DNA of 33,373 nucleotides from Chiloscyllium plagiosum (Eukaryota), in NCBI RefSeq assembly GCF_004010195.1, contig NC_057720.1:2342743-2376115 (forward strand). The letters run 5' to 3'. Made by a program: the position numbers and the translations under genes. Positions 10,547-22,183 of the stretch are shown in pieces. The first letter of the stretch is position 1, and each line of letters starts with the position of its first letter. The notes under the pieces were generated by a model. That model was not told where the DNA came from, ran no database searches, and worked only from the letters and a program-made list of their open reading frames with translations.

Positions 10547-13500
10547 AGAGTCATAGAGATGTACAGCATGGAAACAGACCGTTCGGTCTAACCCGTCCAT
10601 GCTGATCAGATATCCCAACCCAATCTAGTCCCACCTGCCAGCACCTGGCCTATATCCCTCCAACCCTTGCTATTCATATATCCATCCAAATGCCTTTTAA
10701 AAGTTGCAATTGTACCAGCCTCCACAACTTCCTCTGGCAGCTCATTCCATACACGTACCACCCTCTGCCCCTTAGGTATCTTTTATATCTTTCCCCTCTC
10801 ACCCTAAACCTATGCCCTCTAGTTCTGGACTCCCCCAAGCCAGGGAAAAGACTTTGTCTATTTATCTTATTCATGCCCCTCATAATTTTGTAATCCTCTA
10901 TAAGGTCACCCCTCATCGTCCGACGCTCCAGGGAGAACAGCCCAGCCTGTTCAGCCTCTCCCTATAGCTCAAATCCTCCAACCCTGACAACATCCTTGCA
11001 AATCTTTTCTGAACCCATTCAAGTTTCACAACACCTTTCCGATAGGAAGGAGACCAGAATTGCACGCAATATTCCAACAGTGGCCTAACCAATGTCTTGT
11101 ACAACCGCAACATGACCTCCCAACTCCTGTATTCAATACTCTGACCAATAAAATAAAGCATACCAAATGCCTTCTTCACTATCCTATCTACCTGCAACTC
11201 CACGTTCATGGAGTTATGAACCTGCACTCCAAGGTCTCTTTGTTCAGCTACACTCCCTCAGACCTTACCATTAAGTGTATAAGTCCTGCTAAGATTTGCT
11301 TTCCCAAATTGCAGCACTTCACATTTATCTGAATTAAACTCCATCTGCTACTTCTCAGCCCAGTGGCCCATCTAATCAAGATCCTGTTGTAATCTGAGGT
11401 AACCTTCTTCATTGTCCACTACACCTCCAATTTTGGTGTCATCTGCAAAGTTACTAACAGTACCTCTTATGCTCGCATCCAAATCATTTATGTAAATGAC
11501 CAGTAGTAGAGGACCCAGCACCGATCCTTGTGGCATTCCACTGGTCACAGGCCTCCAGTCTGAAACACAATCCTCCACCATCACCCTCTGTCTTCTACCC
11601 TTGAGCCAGTTCTGTATCCAAATGGCTAGTTCTCCCTGTATTCCGTGAGATCTAACTTTGTTAACCAGTATCCCATTGGGAACCTTGTCGAACGCCTTAC
11701 TGAAGTCCATATAGATCTCATCTACTGCTCTGCCCTTATAAAATCTTCTTTGTTACTTCTTCAAAAAACTCAATCAAGTTTGTGAGACATGATTTCCCAT
11801 GCTCAAAGCCGGGTTGACTATCCCTAATCAGTCCTTGCCTTTCCAAATATACGTACATCCTATCTCTCAGGATTTCCTTCAACAACTTGCCCACCACCGA
11901 AGTCAGGTTCACTGGTCTATAGTTCCCTGGCTTGCCCTTACCACCCTTCTGAAACAGTGGCGCCACTTTAGCCAACCTCCAGTCTTCCGGCACCTCGATG
12001 ATACAATTATCTCAGCAAGAGGCCCAGCAATCACTTCTCTAGCTTCCCACAGAGTTCTAGGGTACACCTGATCAGGTCCTGGGGATTAATCCACCTTTAT
12101 GCCTTTCAAGACATCCAGCACTTCCTCCTCTGTAATATGGACATTTTGCAAGATGTCACCATCTATTTAACTGCTTTCTATATCTTCCATACCCTTTTCC
12201 ACAGTAAATACTGATGCATAATACTCGTTTAGTAACTCCTCCATTTTCTGCGGCTCCACACAAAGACCACCTTGCTGATCTTTGAGGGGCCCTATTCTCT
12301 CCCTAGTTATCCTTTTGTCCTTAATTTATTTGTAAAAACCCTTTGGAGTCTCCTTAACTATATTTGCCAAAGCTATTTCATGTCCCCTTTTTGTCCTCCT
12401 GATTTCCCTCTTAAGTATACTCCTACTGCCTTTATACCCTTCTAAGGATTCACTCTATCTATCCTGTCTATACCTTATATATGCTTCCTTCTTTTTCTTA
12501 ACCAAACCCTCAATTTCTTTAGTCATCCAGCATTCTCTATAGCTACCAGCCTTCCCTTTCACCCTAACAGGAATATACATTGTCTGGAATCTCGTTATCT
12601 CATTTCTGAAGGCTTCCCATTTTCCAGCTGTCCTTTTACCTGTGAACATCTACCTCCAATCAGCTTTCGAAAGTTCTTGCCTAATACCATCAAAATTGGC
12701 CTTTCTCCAATTTAGAACTTCAACTTTTAGATCTGGTCTATCCTTTTCCATCACTATTTTAAATCTAATAGAATTATGATTGCTGGCTCCAAAGTGCTCC
12801 CCCACTGACACCTCAGTCACCTGCCCTGCTTTATTTCCCAAGAGTAGGTCAAGTTTTGCACCTTCTATAGAAGGTACATCCACATACTGAACCAGAAAGT
12901 TTTTTTGTACACACTTAACAAATTCCTCTCCATCTAAACCCTTAACTATGGCAGTCCCAGTCTATGTTCGGAAAGTTAAAATCCCCAACCATAACCTCCC
13001 TATTATTCTTACAGATGGCTGAGATCTCCTTACGAGTTTGTTTCTCAATTTCCCTCTGACTATTAGGGGGTCTATAATGCAATCCCAATAAGGTGATCAT
13101 CCCTTTCTTATTTCTCAGTTTCACCCAAATAACTTCCTTGGATGTATTTCCAGGAATATCCTCCCTCAGCACAGCTGTAATGCTATCCCTCTCCCCGTCC
13201 TCTCTTGCCTCCCTTTCTATCCTTCTTGTAGCATTTGTATCCTGAAACATTAAGTTGCCAGTCCTGCCCATCCCTGAGTCTTGTTTCTGTAATTGCTATG
13301 ATATCCTAATCCCATATTCCTAACCATGCCCTGAGTTCATCTGCCTTCCCTGTTAGGGACCTTGCATTGAAATAAATGCAGTTTAATTTATTAGTCCTAC
13401 CTTGTCCCTGCCTGCCTTGACTGTTTGACTCGTTTCTGTTCTCAACTGTACCAGTCTCAGATTGATCCCTTTCCTCACTATCTCCCTGGGTCCCACCCCA

Positions 13501-13549
13501 CTCGTTTAAATCCTCCCGAGCAGCTGTTGCAAATCTCCCTGCCAGTATA
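10547..13549 (-). mobile_element. CR1 LINE, ~3 kb, 5'-truncated: end of ORF1, ORF2 (endonuclease + reverse transcriptase) with stops/frameshifts/deletions, and 3' tail
   Basis: ORF pieces include YRPP/VGDFNFPNIDW, PEDWRLAKVAPLFQKG...NYRPVNLTSVVGK, DFSKAFDKVP, PQGSVLGPLL, FADDTKIGG and LEYCVQFWSP. The tail ends ...tacatctctatgactcta. Confidence 0.95.
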
Positions 13550-14047
13550 TTACCCAGAGAATAGTGAGAAGATGGAACTCATTACCACATGTGAGGTGAA
13601 TATTATTAAGGGAAAGGCAACAAGTACATGAAGGAAGAAAATAGGTAAATAGCATTGGGGTTCAATGAAAAGTAACAGAAGGCTTAATTGGAATATATAT
13701 TCCAGCATAGGTCAATAGACTAAGGGGGACTTTTTATGTGGTTGAATTCTTTGTATTTTCACCTTTCTCGTGGTGTCGATAAATCACAAGCTACGTTTAA
13801 TTTGGCTATTTATTAAGAAATCTCATTTTCAATTACTCAAACGATGCTTTAAATTTATTGCATGTAGCAACCAAAGTAAGACTTCTCAAGTACTCAAGTT
13901 AAACCTCACAACCCAACTTGGCTATTATCTGATTAATGGTGAAATCTAGCTATGAATCTCACCAACAATGGCTGTGGATGTGTGCAGGGTCTGATTCTTG
14001 TGCAATGTTGGTCTTTGAAGATCTGCTAAGGGAGAGTTTTGCAGTTG

Positions 14048-14367
14048 AATTCTTATACAATTTTCTCTCTTTTGAGTTTGTGGTGTGATATTATTGATAC
14101 TTCTTTAGATTCTTTCACCTCCAATACTGATTACACTTCCAAAGACCTCAAGTCTGTAGCTTTCCTTCTTATCAGAAGTAGCTCCCTGTTCCTTGTTACA
14201 TTTGGAGTTAACTCTTTAACAACCTGTCCTGTAATTAACCACTTTATTTCAGGACTATTTCTTTTGCACGTAGTCTTCATTGCTCATCTGTCACGAGGCA
14301 GCAGGTTATCAAGCAGTGTTACCTCCTCTCTTCCAAGAAACAGCTTGTTTATGTTGCTTTGATTCCT
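14048..14367 (-). repeat. Unclassified repeat, inverted copy of 9286-9596
   Basis: Direct sequence comparison with 9286-9596. Confidence 0.85.
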
Positions 14368-14445
14368 TTTGTCCAAAACGTCGATTTTCCTACTCCTCAG
14401 ATGCTGCCTGACTTGCTGTGCTTTTCCAGCACCACTCTAATCTAG
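14368..14445 (+). mobile_element. Fragment of the Penelope-like palindromic repeat family
   Basis: aaaacgtcgattttcctactcctcagatgctgcctgacttgctgtgcttttccagc, similar to 5251-5311. Confidence 0.6.
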
Positions 14446-14447
14446 AC

Positions 14448-14755
14448 ACTAATGTTCAGTGGACACAGATGTGAATCCCGCCATGGCAGATGGTAGAATT
14501 TTAGTTCAATAACAATCTGGAATTAAGTGTCTAATGATGACCATGAAGCCACTGCCGATTGTTGAAAACATCCATCTGGGTCACTGATGTCCATTAGGGA
14601 AGGAAACTGCCATCCTTACCTGGTCTGGCCTACATGTGACTCCAGAACCACAGCAATGTGGTTGACTCTTAACTGTCCTCTGGGCAATTAGGAATGGGTA
14701 ATAAATGTTAGCCTAGCCAGTTTCGTCCTCATCCCATGAACCAATAATAAAAAAG
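14448..14755 (+). mobile_element. Shark SINE whose 3' tail is shared with an ancient LINE
   Basis: gtgaatcccgccatggcag...gtgactccaga...cagcaatgtggttgactc...gggcaattagg...ataaatg...catcccatgaa. Reverse copies lie at ~20380-20830, ~25370-25660 and ~26690-27003. Confidence 0.7.
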
Positions 14756-14834
14756 TCTCCTCTAAACCTCCTATCCCTCACCTTAAGGCCATTTACCTGA
14801 TCACTGATCTTTCCATCAAGGGGAAAACATTCTC

Positions 14835-15930
14835 AGAATAGAATCACAGAGGGTCTTTCGATCCATCAAGTCTGCACTGACACATGAGAAACACCTGACC
14901 TTCACTCTAATCCTATTTACTAGCATTTGACCCACACCCTCGAATGTTATGACATGCCAAGTGCTCATCTGGGTACTTTTTAAAGGATTTGAGCAATTCG
15001 CCTCTATCACCCTCCCAGGCAGTGCATTCCATTCTGTGGGACTTGAACCTGGCCCTCAAATAACAGAGAATTACAAAATAGGAACAGGCCCTTCATCCCT
15101 CCAAGCCCATGCCGATCTAGGTCCTCTGTCTAAACCTGTCACCTATTTTCTAAGGATCTGTATCCCTCTGCTCTCTGTCTAGATACATCTTAGATGATAC
15201 CACTACTCTCACCCCACTGGCAACACATTCCAGGCACCCACCACCCTCTGCGTAAAGAACTTTCCAAACATACCTCCCTTAAACTTTGCCCCTCTCACTT
15301 TGAACTCGTGACCCCTAGTAATTGACTCCCCCACTCTGGGAAAAAGCTTTTTGCTATACACTTGTCTATACAACTCATGATTTTGTAGACCTCAATCAGG
15401 GCCCCCCCCAAACGCTGTCTTTCTAATGAAAATAATCCTAATCTACACAGCCTCTCTTCACAGCTCGCGCCCTCCACACCAGGCAACATCATGGTGAACC
15501 TTCTCCGCACCCTTTCCAAAGAATTCACATCCTTTGGTAATGTGGTGACCAGAACTGTACGCAGTATTCCAAGTGTGGCCGACCAAAGTCTATACAACTG
15601 TAACATGACCTGCCGACTCTTGTATTCAATACCCCGTCTGATGAAAGAAAGCATGCCATATGGCTTCTTGACCATTCTATTAACCTGCGTTGCCACCTTC
15701 AGAGTAAAATGGACCTAAACACCCAGATCTCTCTGTACATCAGTTTTCCCCAGGACTTCTCCACTTACCATATAGTTCGCTCTTGAATTGGATCTTCCAA
15801 TATGCGTCACCTCGCATTTGCCCAGATTGAACTCCATCTGCCATTTCTCTGCCCAACTCTCCAATATTCTGCTGCATTCTCTGACAGTCCCCTTCATTAT
15901 CTGCTACTCTACCATTCTTAGTGTCATAAA
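14835..15930 (-). mobile_element. CR1 3' fragments (two subfamilies back to back)
   Basis: ORFs 15715..15897 (WAEKWQMEFNLGKCEV) and 15295..15696 (ERVRRRFTMMLPG...GLFSLERQRL), with CR1 tails near 15075 and 14840. Confidence 0.85.
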
Positions 15931-15999
15931 GAGGTAGGCAAGAAAGCTGTTTCTTTGTTTTTTCCCCCAATAGGCCACACCAGGATTTGAACCCAATCT

Positions 16000-17350
16000 C
16001 TTGCCCGTCTAAACGGGTTTCATCTATGGGATTACAGACTCTGGCACAAGTGCCCCTGACCCTACCTCACTGCAGCCCTAGTATGATTCACCTTGACACT
16101 TGGTTCCTGTGTGAATCAGGAGAAAGCTGTCCCAATGGTCCAGCTACTTCTTTCCTCACTACTAGTGCCAATGCCCCGAATCAAAACACAGTTCTCTCAC
16201 ACCAATCTTTGAGCCACAAATTTAACTCTCTAATCCTATTTACCCAATTCTAATTGCTTGTGGAAATAAATAAGTCCAGAGACGAATACCTTTGTGGTTC
16301 TGCTTTCTAGTCCCTATTTACTCATACTCCTCCAGCAGAACTTCTTTCCTTGTCCTACATGTTATTGGTACTCAAATGGGCCATTATCATGGACCTTCCC
16401 CCTGCAACTGCTCCAGCAGTGAGCAGATAGCCTTAATCATTTGCACTATGCAGGCCATATTCTGCAGAATTGTGTTCTCAACTGCAGAGAACAATGTTCA
16501 GACATCTAACTATTGTCTCCTACCACAATCAACATTCCATCCTCACAGTGCCAGAGACCCGGGTTCAATTCCCGCCTCAGGCAACTGTCTGTGTGGAGTT
16601 TGCACATTCTCCCAGTGTCTGTGTGGGTTTCCTCCGGGTGCTCCGGGTTCCTCCCACAGACCAAAAATATGCAGGTTAGGTGAATTGGCCATGCTAAATT
16701 GCCCACAGTGTTAGGTGAAGGGGTAAATGTAGGGGAATGGGTCTGGGTGGGTTGCTCTTTGGAGAGTCGGTATGGACTAGTTGGGCCGAAGGGCCTGTTC
16801 CCACACTGTAAGTAATCTAATCTAAGCACAATTGCTCTGACAGGCTATCTGCCAATTGGCAATCTGGCACATTCACTTCCAGCGCCTCCAGCTGCTGCTG
16901 AGTACTGACCTTACAGGTGTGTGCAGTGTCTCGAGAAATTAGAGGAAATATAGACTGCAAGTATATTCTTTTGTATTTCTCCACCTCTCTGGAGTTGAAC
17001 AGTTTCCTGCAACATGGTATAGTGGTCCATTTGTTCATCCTTCCTCCAATCTTTATTCTTATCCCTGAAGAACCCTGAACTTGATCAATAGTTGCATGGC
17101 TGAGCCTTCTCTTATACTACTTTCTGCATCCCCATATCTACATTGCCCATAGTCAAACTTCCAGTTGCTGACATAAACTAAATCTGAAGTACCTAGACTA
17201 AGGTGTGTGACTGCCTTCTGGAAAAATGTGCTCAGGTAACTTCCTCCCTAATGCATCATAGTATCTGAAGCTCAGATTCTAGTTTGTAAACTTGGAGCTT
17301 AGGTTCTTTGATCTATAGGCACTTGAGGTGGGTCATACTAGTTTCCACCA
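16000..17350 (-). mobile_element. Old decayed CR1 ORF1/5' region, split by the HE1 SINE
   Basis: The minus strand reads ELNLWLKDWCERT-like at ~16190-16230, homologous to the ORF1 esterase at 757..1224. Confidence 0.5.
16540..16825 (+). mobile_element. HE1-type V-SINE (5'-truncated)
   Basis: B-box-like gggttcaattcc, V-domain, and LINE-derived tail ggccgaagggcctgttcccacactgtaagtaatctaatctaa. Confidence 0.9.
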
Positions 17351-17624
17351 GCTCCCACATGTTGGCACTATACTTTGTTCATGCTGACATTTTTACTTTG
17401 CTCAATTAATGAGTTTTCAAACTTAGAACTATCAATCAATTGTGTGTTATAAGGATATTTAACTAGTTTAGTTATAGATATTTCTGTTCAGAAGTGTGAC
17501 ACACATTAAGTCAATGCTTAGATTGTCCCACTACCTGTTAAAAGTAGTGTCCACGTTTACTGGTACAAAATCTTAAAACACAATCACCTTTTGACTCACC
17601 TAAATAAAGATCTTTTGTTCATGC

Positions 17625-18080
17625 GAGGTGGGTTTTGTTGGCTGGGCCAGCATTCATTGTCTGCCCTTAGTTGCCCTTGAGAAGGTGGTGATGCTGCCTT
17701 CTTTCAACTGTGGCTGTCCATGTGCTGTGAGTTGATCTGAATGCTGTAAGAGAGAGAATTCCAAGATTTTGACACAGCTACACTGAAGGAACTACAATAT
17801 ATTTCAAAGTCGAGGTGGTGAGTGGCTTGGATGGGAACTTCCAGGGGGTGGTGTTCCCATGTATCTGCTGCCCTTGTCCTTCTAGATGGAAGTGCTTGTA
17901 GGTTTGGAAAATGCTGTTAAGGATTTTTGGTGAACTTCTGCACTGCATCTTGTAGATAGTACACACCGCCGCTACTGAGTTTCAGTGGTGGAGGGAGTGG
18001 ATGTTTGTGGATGTGGTGCCAATCAAATGGGTTGCTCTGTCTTGGATGGTGTCAAACTTCTTCAGTGTTGTTGGAGATAA
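17625..18080 (-). mobile_element. Ancient LINE (CR1/L2 group) 3' fragment
   Basis: ORF pieces SPTTLKKFDTIQDRATHLIG and CTIYKMQC. Shares its tail with the SINE at 14448; another copy is at ~25670-26020. Confidence 0.7.
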
Positions 18081-18170
18081 GTTTCTATGAACCAGGCACC
18101 TGAGCTTTTGTTTAAAAAGGTAAACCAGAATCTGAACTAGCTGATGTAAATGAGAGATTGCCAAAAATGT

Positions 18171-20246
18171 TCATAGAAAGTCCCCTCTTCCCCCTCTGAG
18201 CTTCCCACCTTTAGCCAGCAGTGACCTCAACATGGCCGACAGCAGATCCGTCACGCTCTCGCCGCCATCTTGTTGGTACCCGTAAATGATGCTGCCACGA
18301 GCTCTGCCCACGTGACCATACGTTGAAAGACGCAGCGCGGCCCGAACCGTTGACGGGATAGGGCTGATTCGTGGCCGCGCTGTATTCTGGGCAAACAGAA
18401 CTGCCATTGCTGGCTCTGCTGTCGCGGCTCCTGCATCGTGCAGACCTTCCCTGGAGCACACCAACAGTCAGGCCCGACTCCGAGTACCTCCTCTCGGTCT
18501 ATCCTGTCCTGTGCTCTCCTTTCCGTGAATGGGGCTGTGGATGTATGTCCCCGGGCCGGGATTAGAGCTGAAAATATGTTGCTGGAAAAGCGCAGCAGGT
18601 CAGGCAGCATCCAGGGAACAGGAGAATCGACGTTTCGGGCATAAGCCCTTCTTCAGGCCGGGATTATTCTGTTGCTCCAGGGCGGCTATGAAAGCGTCAA
18701 TCTGGAGCTGGAACCAGTTCTGGGTGTCCCTGTGGCGCTGCTTGAGGACGTCCGGACGGTTGTAGCTCAGGACCATTTGTATGAAAAGGCAAGCCTTCTC
18801 TCGCTTGGACATCACCGCCCGTTGGAGCTCGGCAGCGAGGTTGCGCCGCCACAGTTCTCAGGGTACGGGACTGCTCCATAACCTGCCCATCTCCCCAGGA
18901 CACCCAGCCTAGATCCTTCGGCGCCGGTTCTCGAGCAGAGCCGAACCGAGCAACGGGTGGGCAAGACTCGGCTTCAGTGGGAAGGAGTTGAGAGAGATCT
19001 GCTCAGTGGAGGACCGTAGCTGCAGCTGTCCTGTTAATGTTATGAGATGTCTGATCGCCACAGGCTGGTGATGTAAATTCTCTCTCTCGAGCTGAAAGGC
19101 GGTCACTGACTGCAATACAACGGCTGCTCAGATCCCCGCTTTCACTGGGAAAGAACACCAAGGATTGAACAGTGAAGCACAAAGACCGAGTTGGGATTTA
19201 ATGCCTAGCCGGTCTCCCTAACTTTAGAACAAACTCTCGCGGTTTCACCGCTAACTGCGATCGGTGCTGTTGACTAGAAATGCTCGAACCTCAGTTCCTC
19301 TTGTACTGTCTCTCTTTGCAACAGCCACAACTCATTTTCCGAATACTCCCGGGGTCAGAAGTCGATGGAGCTCTCTCCTGTTCAGACAGAGAAGCTGTTA
19401 ACTGTCCGCTGCTGAATCCTGTCCCTCCAGACTTCCGCCCCAGAGGCCTGACTTCTCCGCCTGGGGGCCGCTCTGTTAGTGCTGCTCAGCGAGCCGTCCC
19501 TTGTGTTCCTCAAACTCCTGCTCCCCACCCCCTCTTCCCATGTCTTGACCCCGAGATACCTCCCTACAATAGCCCTCGCGTCTAAACCATCGACTGGGGT
19601 CTTATGCACGCTGTGTGAGAGGGCCACTTTGTCCCGCCTTTCATTGGGCCGCTTTTTCCGGAGTCTGCCCATTTCCGATGCTTCTGAGACTCGGGGCTGT
19701 CTTGAAGGTTTGAGAAGCAATGCTTGCGGGCGTTTTTCACCCTGTAGGCTCTGTGCCCCGCTCCTGCCTTTCCTGGTCCTGCCGAGGGCCTCTGCTGCTG
19801 GTTTGGGACTGGGCGGAGATGCGATAGGGCCAACGATAGCCTTGTTGAACTGGAGCGACTTCCTCAGCAAGGTCATCTCCCTCAGAAGATGCCGGAAAGA
19901 CTGGACGCGTTCACACTCCATCTTCTCCAGCTGCAGACCGCAGGTTTCCCTCTCTTTCTGCTGTTCCTCCGCTGTGCCTGGAGGGGCCTTTTCCCCATCC
20001 CCGCTCTCCTGCCCCTTGCACATACAGCAACAAATTGCTCGGATCCACCCGCTACAGTTTTGCATTAGTTGAGCACTCAGACCGTCCCCCAATGCTTTTT
20101 TTTCTTCTTTGCAGAAATCCCGGACTTCCCAGAGCTGTCCCACATCAAACTCTCAACTCTGACTGGGAACATGCGCACAACGCAGCTAGAGGGTGACATC
20201 AGGCCGCTCGCTGTCCAAATGTTTAACCCTTTCAAAACTACTTGTT
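18171..20246 (-). pseudogene. Putative decayed protein-coding gene of unknown identity (GC/CpG-rich, ~590 codons, probably two exons)
   Basis: ORFs 18909..19115, 18600..18815 and 18171..18464 are in one frame. The frame of ORF 19382..20143 continues to a G|GTGAAA donor (GT at 19248) that joins in phase to a tctttcccAG acceptor (exon resumes at 19144). The terminal TGA at 18171 coincides with the end of the GC-rich block. Confidence 0.55.
18565..18655. mobile_element. Short Penelope-like repeat insertion with an 11-bp target-site duplication
   Basis: GGCCGGGATTA occurs at 18554-18564 and 18656-18666; the internal sequence is nearly identical to the element at 5186-5311. Confidence 0.85.
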
Positions 20247-20879
20247 CTGAAAAGAGATTCAAGAGAAGTGGGGAGTTATTAACAGCAATCAGAATTATTT
20301 GTTAATTTATACTGTAGAAATCAGTTTGTAAAAGTTCTATTGGATTCCTCAGTTTTTTGTTTTACTCCTTTCATGGGTTGGAAGTGTCACCGGTATGAGT
20401 TGCCCATCCTTAATTGGCCCATGAACTGGGTGACACGGCTGGGCCATTGTCGATGCTGTGAGTCTGGGGTCACAAATGTCCAGACCGAGTAAGGACAGCA
20501 TTTCCTTAGCTACAGGAATAGACAATTCAGCCCCTCAAGCCTGTCCACCATTCAGTGTGAGATCATAGGTCATCTGTGGTCTAACTCCAAATACCTGCCT
20601 TTGGTCATCTCCCCTTAATACGTTTGATTAACAAAAGATAATCTATCTCAGATTCAAGGACATTTGTGAACCAGGTGGGTTTTCACAATAAACATCATGA
20701 ATCATCACTTTTGAGACCTAGTTTTGTATCCTAGAATTATTAATTTAAATTCTACCAGCTGCCATGGCGGGATTTGAAACCACATGCTCAAACTTTAGCC
20801 TGTCCTTCTGGATAGAATAGTCTTATAATACTGTGGTCTTATCACTATACCACTTTATCTCCCCAGTTTGCTACTTGGA

Positions 20880-21462
20880 ATTCATTAGGCTGTACAGGAC
20901 ATTGGTTAGGCCACTGTTGGAATATTGCGTGCAATTCTGGTCTCCTTCCTATTGGAAAGATGTTGTGAAACATGAAAGAATTCAGAAAAGATTTACAAGG
21001 ATGTTGCCAGTGTTGGAGGTTTTGAGCTATAGGGGGAGGCTGAACAGGCTGGGGCTGTTTTCCCTGGAGCGTCGGAGGCTGAGGGGTGACCTTATAGAGG
21101 TTTACAAAATTGAGGGGCATGGATAGGATAAATAGGCAAAGTCTTTTCCCTGGGGTCGGGGAGTCCAGAACTAAAGGGCATAGGTTTTAGGTGAGAGGGG
21201 CAAGACATAAAAGAGACCTATGGGGGCAATATTTTCACACAGAGGGTGGCATGTGTATGGAATGAGCTGCCAGAGGAAGTGGTGGAGGCTGGTACAATTG
21301 CAACATTTAAGAGGCATTTGGATGGGTATATGAATAGGAAGGGTTTGAAGGGATATGGGCCGGGTGCTGGCAGGTGGGACTAGATTGGGTTGGGATATCT
21401 GGTCGGCATGGACAGGTTGGACCGAACGGTCTGTTTCCATGCTGTACATCTCTATGACTGTA
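20880..21462 (+). mobile_element. CR1 3' fragment, same subfamily as 10547-13549
   Basis: RLYRTLVRPLLEYCVQFWSP...RGDLIEVYKI, with tail catctctatgactgtatgac. Confidence 0.92.
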
Positions 21463-21524
21463 TGACACACAGCCTTCCTTGCTTATCCTTTAGTGGGCCA
21501 ATCCTTTCTCTAGTTACCCGCTTG

Positions 21525-22183
21525 GATCGACGCAGTACAGGCCCTTTGGCCCTCGATGTTGCGCCGATCCAAGCCCACCTAACCTACACTAGCCCACTAT
21601 CCTCCATATGCCTATCCAATGCCCGTTTAAATGCCCATAAAGAGGGAGAGTCCACCACTGCTACTGGCAGGGCATTCCATGAACTCACGACTCGCTGAGT
21701 AAAGAATCTACACCTAACATCTGTCCTATACTTACCCCCCCTTAATTTAAAGCTATGCCCCCTCGTAATAGCTGACTCCATACGTGGAAAAAGGTTCTCA
21801 TGGTCAACCCTATCTAAACCCCTAATCATCTTGTACACCTCTATCAAGTCACCCCTAAGCCTTCTTTTCCCCAATGAAAATAGCCCCAAGTGCCTCAGCC
21901 TTTCCTCATACGATCTTCCTACCATACCAGGCAACATCCTGGTAAACCTTCTCTGCACCCGTTCCAGTGCCTCCACATCCTTCCTATAGTATGGCGACCA
22001 AAACTGCACACAATACTCCAGATGCGGCCGCACCAGAGTCTTATACAACCGCAACATGACCTCAGGGCTCCGGAACTCAATTCCTCTACCAATAAAAGCC
22101 AGTACGCCATATGCCTTCTTCACCGCACTATTTACCTGGGTGGCAACTTTCAGAGATCTGTGTACATGGACACCAAGATCCAT
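21525..22183 (-). mobile_element. Young CR1 3' fragment of a different subfamily, with an uninterrupted 199-codon ORF2 C-terminus
   Basis: ORF 21584..22183 (DLGVHVHRSLKVATQV...FKRALDRHMED) is followed by a CR1 3' UTR; CpGs are retained. Confidence 0.92.

Noticed and set aside
10547..13549. Reverse transcriptase as a functional or domesticated gene, or a retron-like system
   Set aside because: Typical CR1 ORF2 broken by multiple stops, frameshifts and deletions, with related copies in the same window.
14039..14362. 107-aa ORF and the similar ORF 9079..9372 as paralogous genes
   Set aside because: Their similarity comes from the inverted repeat; both have non-ATG starts and the frame is not conserved along the two copies.
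18171..19384. Selenoprotein or stop-codon readthrough explanation for the many in-frame TGA codons
   Set aside because: TAG stops and a transposon insertion also interrupt the frame, and I see no SECIS element; CpG decay is the simpler explanation.
19479..20072. 197-aa plus-strand ORF
   Set aside because: It has a non-ATG start and Leu/Ser/Pro-rich composition, and lies antisense to the longer minus-strand frame in GC-rich DNA, so it is probably a shadow ORF.
19382..20143. Retroviral Gag (MG- start suggesting myristoylation)
   Set aside because: The listed start is GTG, not ATG, and I see no zinc knuckle, major homology region, pol or LTR pair. Not fully excluded without a search.
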